A program made the position numbers and the translations under genes. From Candidatus Woesearchaeota archaeon CG1_02_57_44 (GTDB taxonomy: Archaea > Nanobdellota > Nanobdellia > Woesearchaeales > CG1-02-57-44), in the NCBI GenBank assembly GCA_001871415.1, contig MNWW01000002.1, forward strand, positions 1 to 42,690: DNA of 42,690 nucleotides. Direction: 5' to 3'. The notes under the pieces are model-generated. The model saw only the letters and a program-made list of their open reading frames with translations, was not told where the DNA came from and did not search any database. Below are positions 17,968 to 28,225 of the stretch, in pieces (within the stretch, counting starts at the first letter, position 1; every line of letters begins with the position of its first letter).

Positions 17968-18576
17968 TTACCTAATCCTGATACGCGCTCTCAGGAACAC
18001 GTCCGGAACACGCAGATCCAATATCTCACTCGCGCCGGAGCTCGCCACAAGAGACAACTCGAAATCATCTTGGCTGCCCAGCGCGTGCGTGGTATTCAGT
18101 TTATATCGCACAGCAAGCAACTCTCCAGCTTCCAGCAGGATATTGGTGTTACCGACTTTCGGGAATATGCAATATTCCTCCTGGTTCTGAAGGTTATCAA
18201 ACGTGCAATTGGCGATGGTGCTGATAGACTGATTCAGGTCCGCAGACAAGGTAGTCTCTCCGGAAACAAAGCTTAGTCCAACAGAACTGAAGGATACAGG
18301 ATCCGCGCCCGCTCCCAGCCTGGTTATCAACTCAATGTTCTCGATGTTTTCCGCGGTGAGGTTCGGATACGCATACACATTGAGGACCTCAAGGCCACTG
18401 ACCAGTCGCGTCCTTGCTGCCTCTTCCACAAGAAGCGCTTTCTGCTGCAATTGTCCTGTGACCTTGACAAGGACGCCTGCCGCGACCGCGGATACAAGAA
18501 TAGTCGCGATGAAGATAATGAGCATACCTATGCCCATAATGGCCTTACGGTCTTGGAACCAGTGAATTTTTGTCAC
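17968..18576 (-). CDS. flaB: divergent (minor) archaellin A8
   Basis: DRKA/IMGIGMLIIFIATILVSAVAAGVLV..GQLQQKA; likely GTG start at 18576, about 24 nt below a CAAAAAGTTTAAATA promoter (18600-18614). Confidence 0.85.
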   Translation of the reverse strand: MTKIHWFQDRKAIMGIGMLIIFIATILVSAVAAGVLVKVTGQLQQKALLVEEAARTRLVSGLEVLNVYAYPNLTAENIENIELITRLGAGADPVSFSSVGLSFVSGETTLSADLNQSISTIANCTFDNLQNQEEYCIFPKVGNTNILLEAGELLAVRYKLNTTHALGSQDDFELSLVASSGASEILDLRVPDVFLRARIRIR

Positions 18577-18666
18577 CTGCAGGTCATTCCCCTTGTTGGT
18601 ATTTAAACTTTTTGCTGACATGGACACAGATACTGATAGTAATCTATGCGCATCTAAAGATGGCAT

Positions 18667-18882
18667 CTACATGGTCTGCTCATAGATCTTGATGAGCACA
18701 GCTGTCTGGCCGAGCATAACCAGCACGACGATGATGAGCATCTCCATAATCGCCGTCTCCGGGGTCAGGTTCCCGCTGCCCATAGCGGCGTAAAAGACAT
18801 AGATCGCCGCGAGGCCGAAGAGCACCATGAACGTCATGATGACTTTTTCCAGAACATGCGATTGGACGCGTTTTTTTAGCAT
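18667..18882 (-). CDS. small 2-TM membrane protein
   Basis: Two hydrophobic helices, GAGGAGG RBS, upstream ACCGAAACAGTTAAATA promoter. Confidence 0.7.
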   Translation of the reverse strand: MLKKRVQSHVLEKVIMTFMVLFGLAAIYVFYAAMGSGNLTPETAIMEMLIIVVLVMLGQTAVLIKIYEQTM

Positions 18883-19075
18883 TATTATCCCTCCTCAAAG
18901 AGTGGTGAACCTTTAGGGCAGTCAGGGGTATTTAACTGTTTCGGTAGTTCTGCATACTGCTCTGCGGTGAGCACTAAGAATCTGACCCAAGTCTTTCTCC
19001 TGTGGAGTCCCATATACGAAATCCGCTGTATGATGAACAAAGGACTAAATAGTCACATGCATCCCTAATTGCTTC

Positions 19076-20365
19076 ATGGTTCCCCCCTCGCATCCTCTGC
19101 TCGCTTGGCAGGATGTGCAAGGCATCATCGACGATGGAAAGTTCGCTGTTGTGCTCATAGCTCATCGTGACCGCGACTTCCAGTCCGTCCCAGCCCCTGA
19201 CGCATGGTTGACTACGGATCAGAAGCCCGATGCGGGCGCTTGTTTCATCATCGCTGGACAATCACAACGGCCGCTGAACCGACATCATCTCTTGTTCCGT
19301 GAGATGCTTTCAGAAGGGGACTATGCTCTCTATTCCAGCGACTTGCAGATGATTGCCTTGCAGATGGCTGCTGACAACAGCGGGGAGTACTACTCGTTCG
19401 GTTGCATGCCTGTTCTGCGCAGCATGACACAGGACGCGCAAGGAGCACCATGCAGACCGACGGAAGGAGAGATGTTCTGCGTCTTGCAGGCGACCCCTGA
19501 TTCAGCGCGACGATATGTCCGCAGCTCCATCAGGCTTGCGGCAGGAGACGGAGCGTTTCCTCTATGGGGTTATGCAGGTCAAGGCGAATACGTGCCCGCG
19601 ATTCCGTTTGAACCTCCTGTCCATTATGATCCCTCAAAGGCATTCTACTTCACCCCCACGCAGCAGCACGTGCTCCCTGATGCAGACCGACGCATCCGAT
19701 TCGCAAGAATCGATGATGACGGCTCTGTGGTGGTGGCATGCGATGCCCCTGACGGGATTCTGCCTTTTGGCACCGGTTCCGTGGATGGCATCGCCTCCCT
19801 CGAATGTCGTGTGGAGACTTTCTGCTGGACACGCGTGCTGGTGGATGGGGACGAACTGGAGACGTGGAACTACTGGGAAACAGATGTAGGGTATCGCGCG
19901 CAGCTGGGTTTGGTATTTCACAGCGTGGACGCTTACGAGACACTCCAGACAGTTGACGCGCTAGGAGGGCCCTATGTCATCTATCAGCATCTGCCAGTGA
20001 GGGCGGGCCCAGAGGCATCTGGAGATGCTGCGGATACTCAGTCATCCCGGCCTTTGACCTGGTTGGCTTACGTTCCCGAAGATCGCTCGATGGCGGCGCC
20101 TGATATTGCATCAGAGCTATTAAGCAAGGCAGACTTGCCCATGGGAGATTTTCCTCGTGTTGCTCAGTCCTGTGGTCTGTGCGCTGTGACCTCTGCGGAC
20201 TTGCGCGAGCAGGAAGTCCGCCTGCCTGTGCAGCTGCATTACGGTTCGCTTGCCGCATTGCATGGCCCGCAGATGTTCCGCATCTCGCCCATGGGTGATC
20301 CTTTATATGGCTTTAAGCACGGTGAGCGGCTGCAACGACTGGCACATGGGCTTAAGGGCTCATGA
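19076..20365 (+). CDS. hypothetical protein (429 aa)
   Basis: Long ORF with TATA-like CTAAATA ~25 nt upstream of the ATG; no recognised family. Confidence 0.65.
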   Translation: MVPPSHPLLAWQDVQGIIDDGKFAVVLIAHRDRDFQSVPAPDAWLTTDQKPDAGACFIIAGQSQRPLNRHHLLFREMLSEGDYALYSSDLQMIALQMAADNSGEYYSFGCMPVLRSMTQDAQGAPCRPTEGEMFCVLQATPDSARRYVRSSIRLAAGDGAFPLWGYAGQGEYVPAIPFEPPVHYDPSKAFYFTPTQQHVLPDADRRIRFARIDDDGSVVVACDAPDGILPFGTGSVDGIASLECRVETFCWTRVLVDGDELETWNYWETDVGYRAQLGLVFHSVDAYETLQTVDALGGPYVIYQHLPVRAGPEASGDAADTQSSRPLTWLAYVPEDRSMAAPDIASELLSKADLPMGDFPRVAQSCGLCAVTSADLREQEVRLPVQLHYGSLAALHGPQMFRISPMGDPLYGFKHGERLQRLAHGLKGS

Positions 20366-20675
20366 CCCGCTGGTTCGCATCCCCTCGTTGGCGGGTCGCC
20401 TCCCTGTACAGCTAACCATATATCCATCTACAGCTGACCTCACGCATTCACATGCTTTCTCTCCTGTGCGCGAAGGACCTAGGTGCTTGCCGCGCAAGAT
20501 AGGCGCTTCATAGATAAGCTGGCAGTCAAGATGCGTTGAGCGTCGATTGGCATCCTCAAAGCAAAATTGAGCCGCAACATCTCCTCGCGACCACGCATGC
20601 CAAGATATCTCGAGATGAATGTGGCGTCAGGCAATCGCGCTCCATCCTACCAGATTAAGCCCCTGCGTTCTTCTC

Positions 20676-23456
20676 CTACTTCTTCTCTTCCTTCTTCTGT
20701 TCCGTCTTCTCTGTGGATGTTCCTTTCTTGTCTGCTGATGCTGCTTCCGGGGGTGGCTGGTCGGCAGGTACCTGCACTCCATCAAGACCTTTTTCCTGCA
20801 GTTTCTTCGTGAGCGCCCCGTCATCCTTATTCATCGCACGGTTGAGCGCCTGCGCTATCTTGAGCATATCGCGCTCCGCCTTCTTGTGAGGTTTAGCGCT
20901 TGCAGTGGCACCTGCCTTTGCAGGGCCGCGTGAGGCGTCCTTCCCAGACCTTGGATGCTGGCCTGCCTTGGCGCCTTTCCCTCCAGTTGTTCCTTTTCTT
21001 TTCCTCATCATCCGTAGTATGATAAGGATGCCGACAATAATGAGCGCGAAGACGGCTATTTTTATTGCCCATCCCCTGATGCTGCTGGCAGGCTGCATGC
21101 GCACGTTGGCACGCTCCTCAAAGCTGAGCATGCGGACCACCAGGGTATTGTCGTAGGTATCAGACATATTCGCGTCAGGAAATGAAGAAAGAAGGAAACC
21201 GGTGGCCCTACCGTTTGGCGGCAGATCCAGGTAGCTATCTTCTACCTGGACAAATCTGTCCTGTTGCTCCAGATTGAGTTCCAGTGAGAGAGGAGTCTCC
21301 AGAAGGTTGATGACAACAAACGGTGTCCTTCCATCGACCGGAAGTTTCAGGAGACTCTGGGATATCCTGAATGGACGCGCCTTATATCTGCGGAATCGCA
21401 ATGAGAACGGACTCGTCACGCTGCCCAAGGAAGAGGTGCAGAAGAAATCCCCATCAAGTGAGCGCTCCCCTACTTCGTCATCTTCAAGGGTGAGGATCAT
21501 GCGCATGCTCTGCTCATTGGTGATATGAAAATCCTGAGGTGTGAGATAGGGGATGCTGCTCATGCAGGAAAATTCCATGCTGCTCTTGCGGACATGAAAC
21601 GTGATGTTGGTCTGGTTGCCGAACATGATTATCTCCTCAGGCGCTGAGAATTGGATGGTCGGCAGGTTGACAAGCGACACCGCAATCGCGCTGATATTCT
21701 TGCCATCGCCCTGAATCGTGATGATTCCCTCATACCTGCCGTCGTTCTCTGTTGTTTTCACCAGGGTGATGTTAGTGCTGTTCACGGAGAGATTGCCGCT
21801 GATGAGGATCTTGACGGCATCGGCGATACCGCTGTCCACATAGGCGGATATGTTCTGATAGCTCCAGGGTCCTTTGCGCAGGAGCAGTGCCTGGCTGTCC
21901 GCTGTGGTGAGCTCCAAGGTAGGTGGTCTTGCGAGGGCGTAGGGGATAAACGTGCTCGCGAGCGCTTGGTAGGTCAGGATATCCTGGTCAAGGTTGGACC
22001 ATCCGGACTTCGGGCGCGTGTCCTCTATCCAGGTCCTGGCGTCATGGATAGGCTCGGTGGTTTTTGCGCCTCCTGCCTTCTCCAGCGCCTCCAGCATGGT
22101 GGCGGTCTGCTGGATACGCTCGGCCGGAAGGCCTGTCCCCCAGGAGCCGTCATTGTTTTGCTGATAGAGCAACCAATCAAGGATGTCGTCGTTGTCCTCG
22201 ACCCTGAGGATGAAGAGCGCGTTGTTTTCCAGGGCGTTGCCCATCTCCAGGTACTTGCCCACTATGCTCCCTACGCGTAGTTTTTCCTTCAGGTATCCTA
22301 CTGCCGCGTCCTTGCGGTCACTATCAAGCAGGGGATTCATCGCCGCCAGCAGTGTTGCTTCAAGGTCGCAGCTTCGCCATGACTGATATCCCCAGCAAGG
22401 CGGGCTGACCGTGTATGTGATGTTGCCTGTGGTGCTGTTGTCCTCGATCACAAGGTGGTTCGCGCTATCATACAGGATGAGCCGCTTGGAATCAGTGCAG
22501 CTCAGGGTGATATTCATGCCCTGGCTGGCGGTCACATCGACAATGCTGAGCCACTCATCAGGCAGTACGACATCAGTGCTTTGCGTGCCCTGATACAGGG
22601 TGCAGCTGGTATTGTAATCCGCGATGATGTGAGCGGTCCATGCGCTGTCTGCGATGTAGTTCTGGTGATCATTCAGCCATATCATGCCGTCGCGAATCAC
22701 GCGTCCAGTATCATTGTAGCCAGCAAGACCCAGATACAGAAGAATCCTCGCATTGGTCCTCAGGTCGCAGGGATCACCCCAGCACTTCTGTGAGCCCTGC
22801 CGCTGCTGCTTGAGCCATTCCATGCCCGCGTCCTGGGACTTCTTGTAGGAATCATTGACCAAAGAGAAGGCGTAGATTGCCTGCGCGGTGCGCAGCGGAG
22901 TCTGCCACCCACCATCGGGCTGCTGCGCCGCGAGCAGCGTGTCCAGGAAGCGCAGCGCTTGGTCTTTGTCCACCGATAGATTTCCCTGCCAGTCATCGTG
23001 TGTGGCCCGTAGTTCTACGCTCGTGCAACTGCTGTTTGCCAGATCCAGTGTGGCCAACGTGCAGCCCTGCCAGGGCTGTTGGGCCAGTGGTTGCCAGGTC
23101 GAGGGCAGGCAGCGTGAACTGATAAGGGGCCTGCTGGATGACAGTCCATCATTGCCCGCATCCGGCGAACAAGCAAGCAGCAGCACCTGCTCATCAGCGA
23201 AGAATTGTCCATCATTGTTGATGATGCTGAAACTCGCGGCGCCAAGAACCCGAGGCGCGCTGGCAAGGACAGCAAAAAGCGTGATAGCGAGCGCCACCGC
23301 TAGCGCTGCGGCCGACAGCGGCCTTCGCGTCAATCCGGAAGAGCGCTTAAACTCTGCTGATCCCGTCACTAGCCACCCCTTTTTGGTCCTTATCGTCACG
23401 GCGCGATAATATAAATGTTTGCCTTCATTGCATTGACCCGTATTCTGGGATGTCAC
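20676..23456 (-). CDS. large secreted/membrane-anchored protein with prenyltransferase/squalene-cyclase-like (QW) alpha-toroid repeats
   Basis: Signal peptide, QQPDGGW and QQNNDGSWG repeats, many Cys, C-terminal TM plus basic tail; true start may be GTG 23369 (GGGGTG RBS). Confidence 0.75.
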   Translation of the reverse strand: MTSQNTGQCNEGKHLYYRAVTIRTKKGWLVTGSAEFKRSSGLTRRPLSAAALAVALAITLFAVLASAPRVLGAASFSIINNDGQFFADEQVLLLACSPDAGNDGLSSSRPLISSRCLPSTWQPLAQQPWQGCTLATLDLANSSCTSVELRATHDDWQGNLSVDKDQALRFLDTLLAAQQPDGGWQTPLRTAQAIYAFSLVNDSYKKSQDAGMEWLKQQRQGSQKCWGDPCDLRTNARILLYLGLAGYNDTGRVIRDGMIWLNDHQNYIADSAWTAHIIADYNTSCTLYQGTQSTDVVLPDEWLSIVDVTASQGMNITLSCTDSKRLILYDSANHLVIEDNSTTGNITYTVSPPCWGYQSWRSCDLEATLLAAMNPLLDSDRKDAAVGYLKEKLRVGSIVGKYLEMGNALENNALFILRVEDNDDILDWLLYQQNNDGSWGTGLPAERIQQTATMLEALEKAGGAKTTEPIHDARTWIEDTRPKSGWSNLDQDILTYQALASTFIPYALARPPTLELTTADSQALLLRKGPWSYQNISAYVDSGIADAVKILISGNLSVNSTNITLVKTTENDGRYEGIITIQGDGKNISAIAVSLVNLPTIQFSAPEEIIMFGNQTNITFHVRKSSMEFSCMSSIPYLTPQDFHITNEQSMRMILTLEDDEVGERSLDGDFFCTSSLGSVTSPFSLRFRRYKARPFRISQSLLKLPVDGRTPFVVINLLETPLSLELNLEQQDRFVQVEDSYLDLPPNGRATGFLLSSFPDANMSDTYDNTLVVRMLSFEERANVRMQPASSIRGWAIKIAVFALIIVGILIILRMMRKRKGTTGGKGAKAGQHPRSGKDASRGPAKAGATASAKPHKKAERDMLKIAQALNRAMNKDDGALTKKLQEKGLDGVQVPADQPPPEAASADKKGTSTEKTEQKKEEKK

Positions 23457-23541
23457 GTGCTACGCGAGGATGAGCTCTTCAGGGAAGGTCCGCATGATCA
23501 TATCGCTCTGAAGCTGCATGATCCTGTCGGACCGAATGCCC

Positions 23542-23997
23542 TTATTGCACACGGATGGAGGGGATGGAGAAATAGCGTCGCAGGAGCTCCTCCAGGAACA
23601 ACTGCCGCTTGCGCTCCCTGCCGATGATGGTAGCTCTTGTCTGGTGATCAGGCGCTGTGATGATGATGCGCGGCCCTGCTCCTGTCCCGGCTCCCTGATC
23701 GGATCCTGCCTGTCCGGCAGCGGCTTCCAGTCGGACATCCACCTTGAGCGGAAAGAGCGCATTGCGGATGAACTGCGCGGGATCCTCATGGTATTCGATG
23801 ATACGCACCTGTTTGCCTAGCGTCTTCTCTAAACGTTTGAGGTGCGTTGCTTGCTTGCCGATGACCCTGCCGGCTGCATGCTCAGGCACTATTAAGGTGA
23901 TGGCATCATCTAGGATGATATCCTTGGGCGTGACCCCTGTCAGGGTATGCACCAGGGAGCCGAGCCGCAGGTGCTCTGGCGTGTAGCGTCTACGCAT
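23542..23997 (-). CDS. nusA: archaeal NusA-like transcription factor
   Basis: Two KH motifs (GRVIGKQA, IIGRER), QFIRNALFP; position after L30e. Confidence 0.9.
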   Translation of the reverse strand: MRRRYTPEHLRLGSLVHTLTGVTPKDIILDDAITLIVPEHAAGRVIGKQATHLKRLEKTLGKQVRIIEYHEDPAQFIRNALFPLKVDVRLEAAAGQAGSDQGAGTGAGPRIIITAPDHQTRATIIGRERKRQLFLEELLRRYFSIPSIRVQ

Positions 23998-24253
23998 GGG
24001 GGATGCCCAGAAGCGCGATGGGAAATGGCTTCTTGCACATGATCCCGAAATCCGCTGCAGTCAGGTCCACCACTTCCAGCGGTCTTCCTGCGGCCTCGCA
24101 AAGGCGTCGTGCTTCCCTGAGCGCGTCAGGGCTGCAGTTCGAGGCCGCGATGACCTCGGCGAGGGTGTTCCTGCGCAGCTCCTTGAAGATGCGCTCAGTC
24201 CCGATGATTGCTTTGCCTTCGATGGCCAGACTGCGTATCATTTTCTTGTCCAT
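23990..24253 (-). CDS. rpl30e: 50S ribosomal protein L30e
   Basis: GKAIIG, IAASNC, FGIMCKKPFPIALLGI; conserved position after rpoA''. Confidence 0.9.
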   Translation of the reverse strand: MDKKMIRSLAIEGKAIIGTERIFKELRRNTLAEVIAASNCSPDALREARRLCEAAGRPLEVVDLTAADFGIMCKKPFPIALLGIPHA

Positions 24254-24336
24254 GAGTGTTCACCTTTCCTGTTGCGTCAGCTTGCGCCTGTTGCAGACCC
24301 GCTCATCCTCGCGGCTATAGCTGGACGCTTCATTGC

Positions 24337-25494
24337 TCAGCGTTTCGCGCTCAGCTGCGGCAGTCCTGTCCCCAGCGGCACAGGCTGATTGATCATCACA
24401 TTCTCGATCACGCTGGTCAGCTGGTCTATCTCGCCAGCCATGGCCGCGAGGAACACGTGCTTGATGGGCGTCTCAAAGGAAGCCCTCGCGAGCACGGAGC
24501 TCTTCTCCGCGATGATGCCGTAGCGGGTGATGCCTTTGATAGTGCCGCCGGAGCACATAGTGTCCGCGACTAGCATGATGTGCCTGACATCAACATTGAG
24601 GCCCTGGGTCTCAATGACCTTCATGAGCTCCAGAACAATCATCTCACGCGCGGCCTCGATGCCCAGGATGTCGCGAACCTCGTGCACATCATTGCTGATA
24701 GTGCGCTCGCTGTCCACGAAATCCAGACTGATGACATCCTTCAGGTTGCTGCCGGCCGTGATGATCATATACTCATCGTCCCGTTTGATGGGCAATATCT
24801 GCGTGATGCCTTTGATGCCTTTGACATGCACGCCCTTGAGCTTCTCTTTTATCTTGAATATCTCATTGATGGGTGCGCCCTTGGTTGGGTTCAGCGTCAC
24901 GGTGAGCTCATTATCGCTGCGCGAGATCTTCGCTGAGCGAAATGATTTTCCAAGTGGTTTTTGCACGTCAGCCGCGCTCATGTCAAGGCGCTCCAGCGCT
25001 TTTACGTCAAGCTCGATAACAATGGTATTTTCCAGCAGGTTGGTCCGAAACGCCAGCACCAGGTCCTGCAGCGTGGTCATCTTTATTTGCATGGCCAGCT
25101 CACGGATGTTCTTGCCGTTGTTGTGCGGCTTTTTCAGGAAAATCTCCATCATCGGGGTGCTGATGGTCTTCCTGCCGTCGAGGATCTCAATGATGCGAGG
25201 CAATCCGACGGTGATGTTCATCTCCGAGACTCCCGCAAAGTGGAATGTGTTCAGGGTCATCTGCGTTCCGGGCTCGCCGATGCTCTCCGCCGCGACCAGA
25301 CCGACACTCTCGCCAGGTTCCACCTGCATCGCGTGATAAGCGGCGTTGATGCGCTCTTCAGCCTGTTTCTTGCCTGCACCGTTCAGTCCGCTGCTCGCGT
25401 TCTCTAGTTCCTCGCGCAATCGCGGGGGCAATGAACGTGTTATGACAGCGGGGATATCGGGTATCCGCGTGCTTGGTCTTGTTGATGCGGTCAT
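24337..25494 (-). CDS. rpoA2: RNA polymerase subunit A'' (Rpo1C)
   Basis: [49 protein letters not shown]. Confidence 0.97.
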   Translation of the reverse strand: MTASTRPSTRIPDIPAVITRSLPPRLREELENASSGLNGAGKKQAEERINAAYHAMQVEPGESVGLVAAESIGEPGTQMTLNTFHFAGVSEMNITVGLPRIIEILDGRKTISTPMMEIFLKKPHNNGKNIRELAMQIKMTTLQDLVLAFRTNLLENTIVIELDVKALERLDMSAADVQKPLGKSFRSAKISRSDNELTVTLNPTKGAPINEIFKIKEKLKGVHVKGIKGITQILPIKRDDEYMIITAGSNLKDVISLDFVDSERTISNDVHEVRDILGIEAAREMIVLELMKVIETQGLNVDVRHIMLVADTMCSGGTIKGITRYGIIAEKSSVLARASFETPIKHVFLAAMAGEIDQLTSVIENVMINQPVPLGTGLPQLSAKR

Positions 25495-28091
25495 TGTTCC
25501 ACCTCCAGGGCGCGCTTCACATTCAGCGTGCCGGATTCACTCTTGGACACATCGATGCCATCTTCGCCATAGGCGAACTGCACGATTCTGCCCGCGGAGT
25601 CCCGCACCGAGCCGTCGTATTCTACCTTGAGATCCTGCATGGCATTGGCCAGCCTGCGGTAGAGGTATCCTGATTTCGGCGTTCGCAGCGCCGTATCCAT
25701 GAGACTGTCTCTTCCCGTCATTGCCTGGAAGAAGAACTCCTTCGGATTCAGGCCCTTGCGAAAGCCGCTGCGGATAAAGCCGCGTGACTCGGGCAAAAGG
25801 TCACCTTTGCGAAAGCAACTGAGCGTGCGCTGGTAGTATCCTTTGTCGATGCGCTTGCCGCGCATGGCTTGCTGTCCGACGACCGCTGACATCTGGGCCA
25901 GGTTGATGATGTTGCCGCGCGCTCCGGAATCAGCCATGATGCGCGTGTGACTGGTGCCGGTGCCCTGTTGTTGCACCACGCTTCCTGCCTTGTTACGCGC
26001 ATTATTGAGGTTCTCCAGAATGCGTATCTCCAACGTCTCTTCCACCGTGCGACCTGGAAGCGCTTCCAGATTGCCCGCTGCGTAGTCATTGATGAGTATG
26101 CGCACATCCTCATCCGCCTTGTTGAGCTCTGCATTGACTTGCGCCCAGGTGTCTTTGTCCAGGTCCGTGTCCGCGATACCCGCGGTGAATCCGCGATAGA
26201 GCAGATAGTGTACACCGAGCCGGAAGATCTTCTCGAGTATGTCGATGGTCTGGTCTGGTCCGTATTGCTTGTGCAGATTACGCAGAAGCAGTCCGGAGCC
26301 CTCACCAAGATTTGCCCGGTCAAGGATGCCTTGTTGCAGCTTGCCCTTCTTGATGATGACATACGAGGGATCCTTCTCTTCTTTGCCAGATTTCTTGGAC
26401 CTGCGGGAATGTCCCGAGAAGTTGAAGTCCGAAGGCAGCAGCACGCTGAATATCTCGCGGCCGCTCACGGTGTTCTTGTTGGGCAGTGTTTTGAACTCCA
26501 TTACGCCCGCCTGCGCGAGCATTCGGATAGCGACATGACGTGGTATGGCTTCTTCCTGGCTGAGCAGGTAATTGCCGCTGATAGCGTCCTGGATGCAGCC
26601 GATGACCGAGAGTCCATAGCGTGGGCTGATAAGCTGGGTCTGCACCATCATCAGGAACTTGGCCTCCGCGCGCGCTTCCTCGGTCTGGGGGATGTGTAGG
26701 TTCATCTCATCACCGTCGAAATCGGCGTTGTACGGATGGCACACGACCGGGTTGAGGCGGAATGTGCGGTACGGCAGGATGCGCACCTTGTGGCACATCA
26801 TGGACATGCGGTGCAGCGATGGCTGCCGGTTGAAGAGCGCGATGTCCCCATCCATCAGGTGGCGCTCGACGAGGAATCCGGGCTGCAGCTCTTCGAGCAG
26901 CGCCTCCTTGGTTTCGTCTGTGATTTTTTTCCTGCGTCCATCAGGCCTGATGACATAGTTCGCGCCCGGATAGGCGTTTGGTCCGCGCTCAACAAACTGC
27001 TTCAGGCGCTCAAAATTCCATTCCGTGACGCGCTCAGGGACCGTGAGTTTCTTGGCGATAATTTTTGGAACACCGACCTCGTTGACGGATATCATCGGGT
27101 CTGGGCTGATGACGGTTCTTGCCGAGAAATTGACGCGTTTTCCGGCCAGGTTGTGCCTGATGCGTCCTTCTTTGCTCTTGATGCGCTCGCAGAGCGTCTT
27201 GAGCGGCTGGCTGCTGCGGTGGCGCGCGGGCGGCAACTGGGCGATGTTATTATCAAAGAACGTGGTGATATGATACTGCAGCAGATCCCAGAGGTCCTCG
27301 ATGATGATCTCTGGGGCGCCGGCATTGATGTTCTCAAACAGGCGCTGGTTGATGCGCACGATGTCGCCGAGCTTGTGCGTGAGGTCATCTTCACTGCGCT
27401 CTCCGGTCTCCAGCGTGATGCTTGGGCGCATGGTGACAGGAGGTATGGCGAGAATGGTCAGCACCGTCCACTCCGGGCGCATGACGTGCGGGTTCAGGCC
27501 AAACAAGGGCAATGCTGCGTCAGGTATCTTCTCGAGCCGTGTGCGCACCTCGATAGGGCTGATGCGCTTCTCGTCCTCCAGGTACGTGGTCGGCTTCTCT
27601 ATGGTGATCTTGCCTTGCTTGGCATTGCAGTGAGGGCATTTGCCCGTTACCTTCATGCTGGCCAGCAGTTCCTTGACCGCGACGTGCTTGTTCGTGACGC
27701 CCGATTCAGCTTCCACCTGCTCAAGGCGCTTGAGCGCGACAGTCTGTTTCTGCTTGGTCATCAAAGGCTGGCTGCACTCGCGGCAGCTGGCGCGCAGGAT
27801 GTTCAGCAGTACGCTCGCGAACTTGACGTGCATGACAGGTCTTGCCAGCTCGATGTAGCCGAAGTGTCCAAGGTCCTCCTTAAGCTTGGCGCCGCTGGTC
27901 TTGCATCGCAATCCTGGGTCAATGACGCCCATGCGCGTGTCCATCAGGCCGCCGTCCACAGGATAGCCTTCGCGGTCATAGAGCTCGGGCGTGATGACCT
28001 TGACAGCAGCCATCTTCTTCACGAGCTTCGGGGAAAAGATGCCAAACGTGATTGCCTTGACTTTTTTTGATGCGACTTGCGGTTCTTCCAT
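25491..28091 (-). CDS. rpoA1: RNA polymerase subunit A' (Rpo1N)
   Basis: [10 protein letters not shown] catalytic motif, [31 protein letters not shown]. Confidence 0.98.
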   Translation of the reverse strand: MEEPQVASKKVKAITFGIFSPKLVKKMAAVKVITPELYDREGYPVDGGLMDTRMGVIDPGLRCKTSGAKLKEDLGHFGYIELARPVMHVKFASVLLNILRASCRECSQPLMTKQKQTVALKRLEQVEAESGVTNKHVAVKELLASMKVTGKCPHCNAKQGKITIEKPTTYLEDEKRISPIEVRTRLEKIPDAALPLFGLNPHVMRPEWTVLTILAIPPVTMRPSITLETGERSEDDLTHKLGDIVRINQRLFENINAGAPEIIIEDLWDLLQYHITTFFDNNIAQLPPARHRSSQPLKTLCERIKSKEGRIRHNLAGKRVNFSARTVISPDPMISVNEVGVPKIIAKKLTVPERVTEWNFERLKQFVERGPNAYPGANYVIRPDGRRKKITDETKEALLEELQPGFLVERHLMDGDIALFNRQPSLHRMSMMCHKVRILPYRTFRLNPVVCHPYNADFDGDEMNLHIPQTEEARAEAKFLMMVQTQLISPRYGLSVIGCIQDAISGNYLLSQEEAIPRHVAIRMLAQAGVMEFKTLPNKNTVSGREIFSVLLPSDFNFSGHSRRSKKSGKEEKDPSYVIIKKGKLQQGILDRANLGEGSGLLLRNLHKQYGPDQTIDILEKIFRLGVHYLLYRGFTAGIADTDLDKDTWAQVNAELNKADEDVRILINDYAAGNLEALPGRTVEETLEIRILENLNNARNKAGSVVQQQGTGTSHTRIMADSGARGNIINLAQMSAVVGQQAMRGKRIDKGYYQRTLSCFRKGDLLPESRGFIRSGFRKGLNPKEFFFQAMTGRDSLMDTALRTPKSGYLYRRLANAMQDLKVEYDGSVRDSAGRIVQFAYGEDGIDVSKSESGTLNVKRALEVEQ

Positions 28092-28225
28092 GGTAGTCCC
28101 TCTGATTGTATTGCCGTGGTATCGGTGAGCGTTGCGTCACTGTTGCATTTCTCAACTGGTCAGCCATTGTTCGCAGGTATCAGCGGCAAATCGAAAACCG
28201 CCGCGTGTGGTTGCGAGGTGATGGT

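Noticed and set aside
18577..18666. N-terminal extension of archaellin A8 given by the ORF track
   Set aside because: Contains a BRE-TATA box; GTG 18576 gives a normal short class III leader
26736..28070. 444-aa plus-strand ORF and other long antisense ORFs over rpo, flaI and helicase genes
   Set aside because: Shadow ORFs from GC-biased codon usage opposite clearly conserved genes
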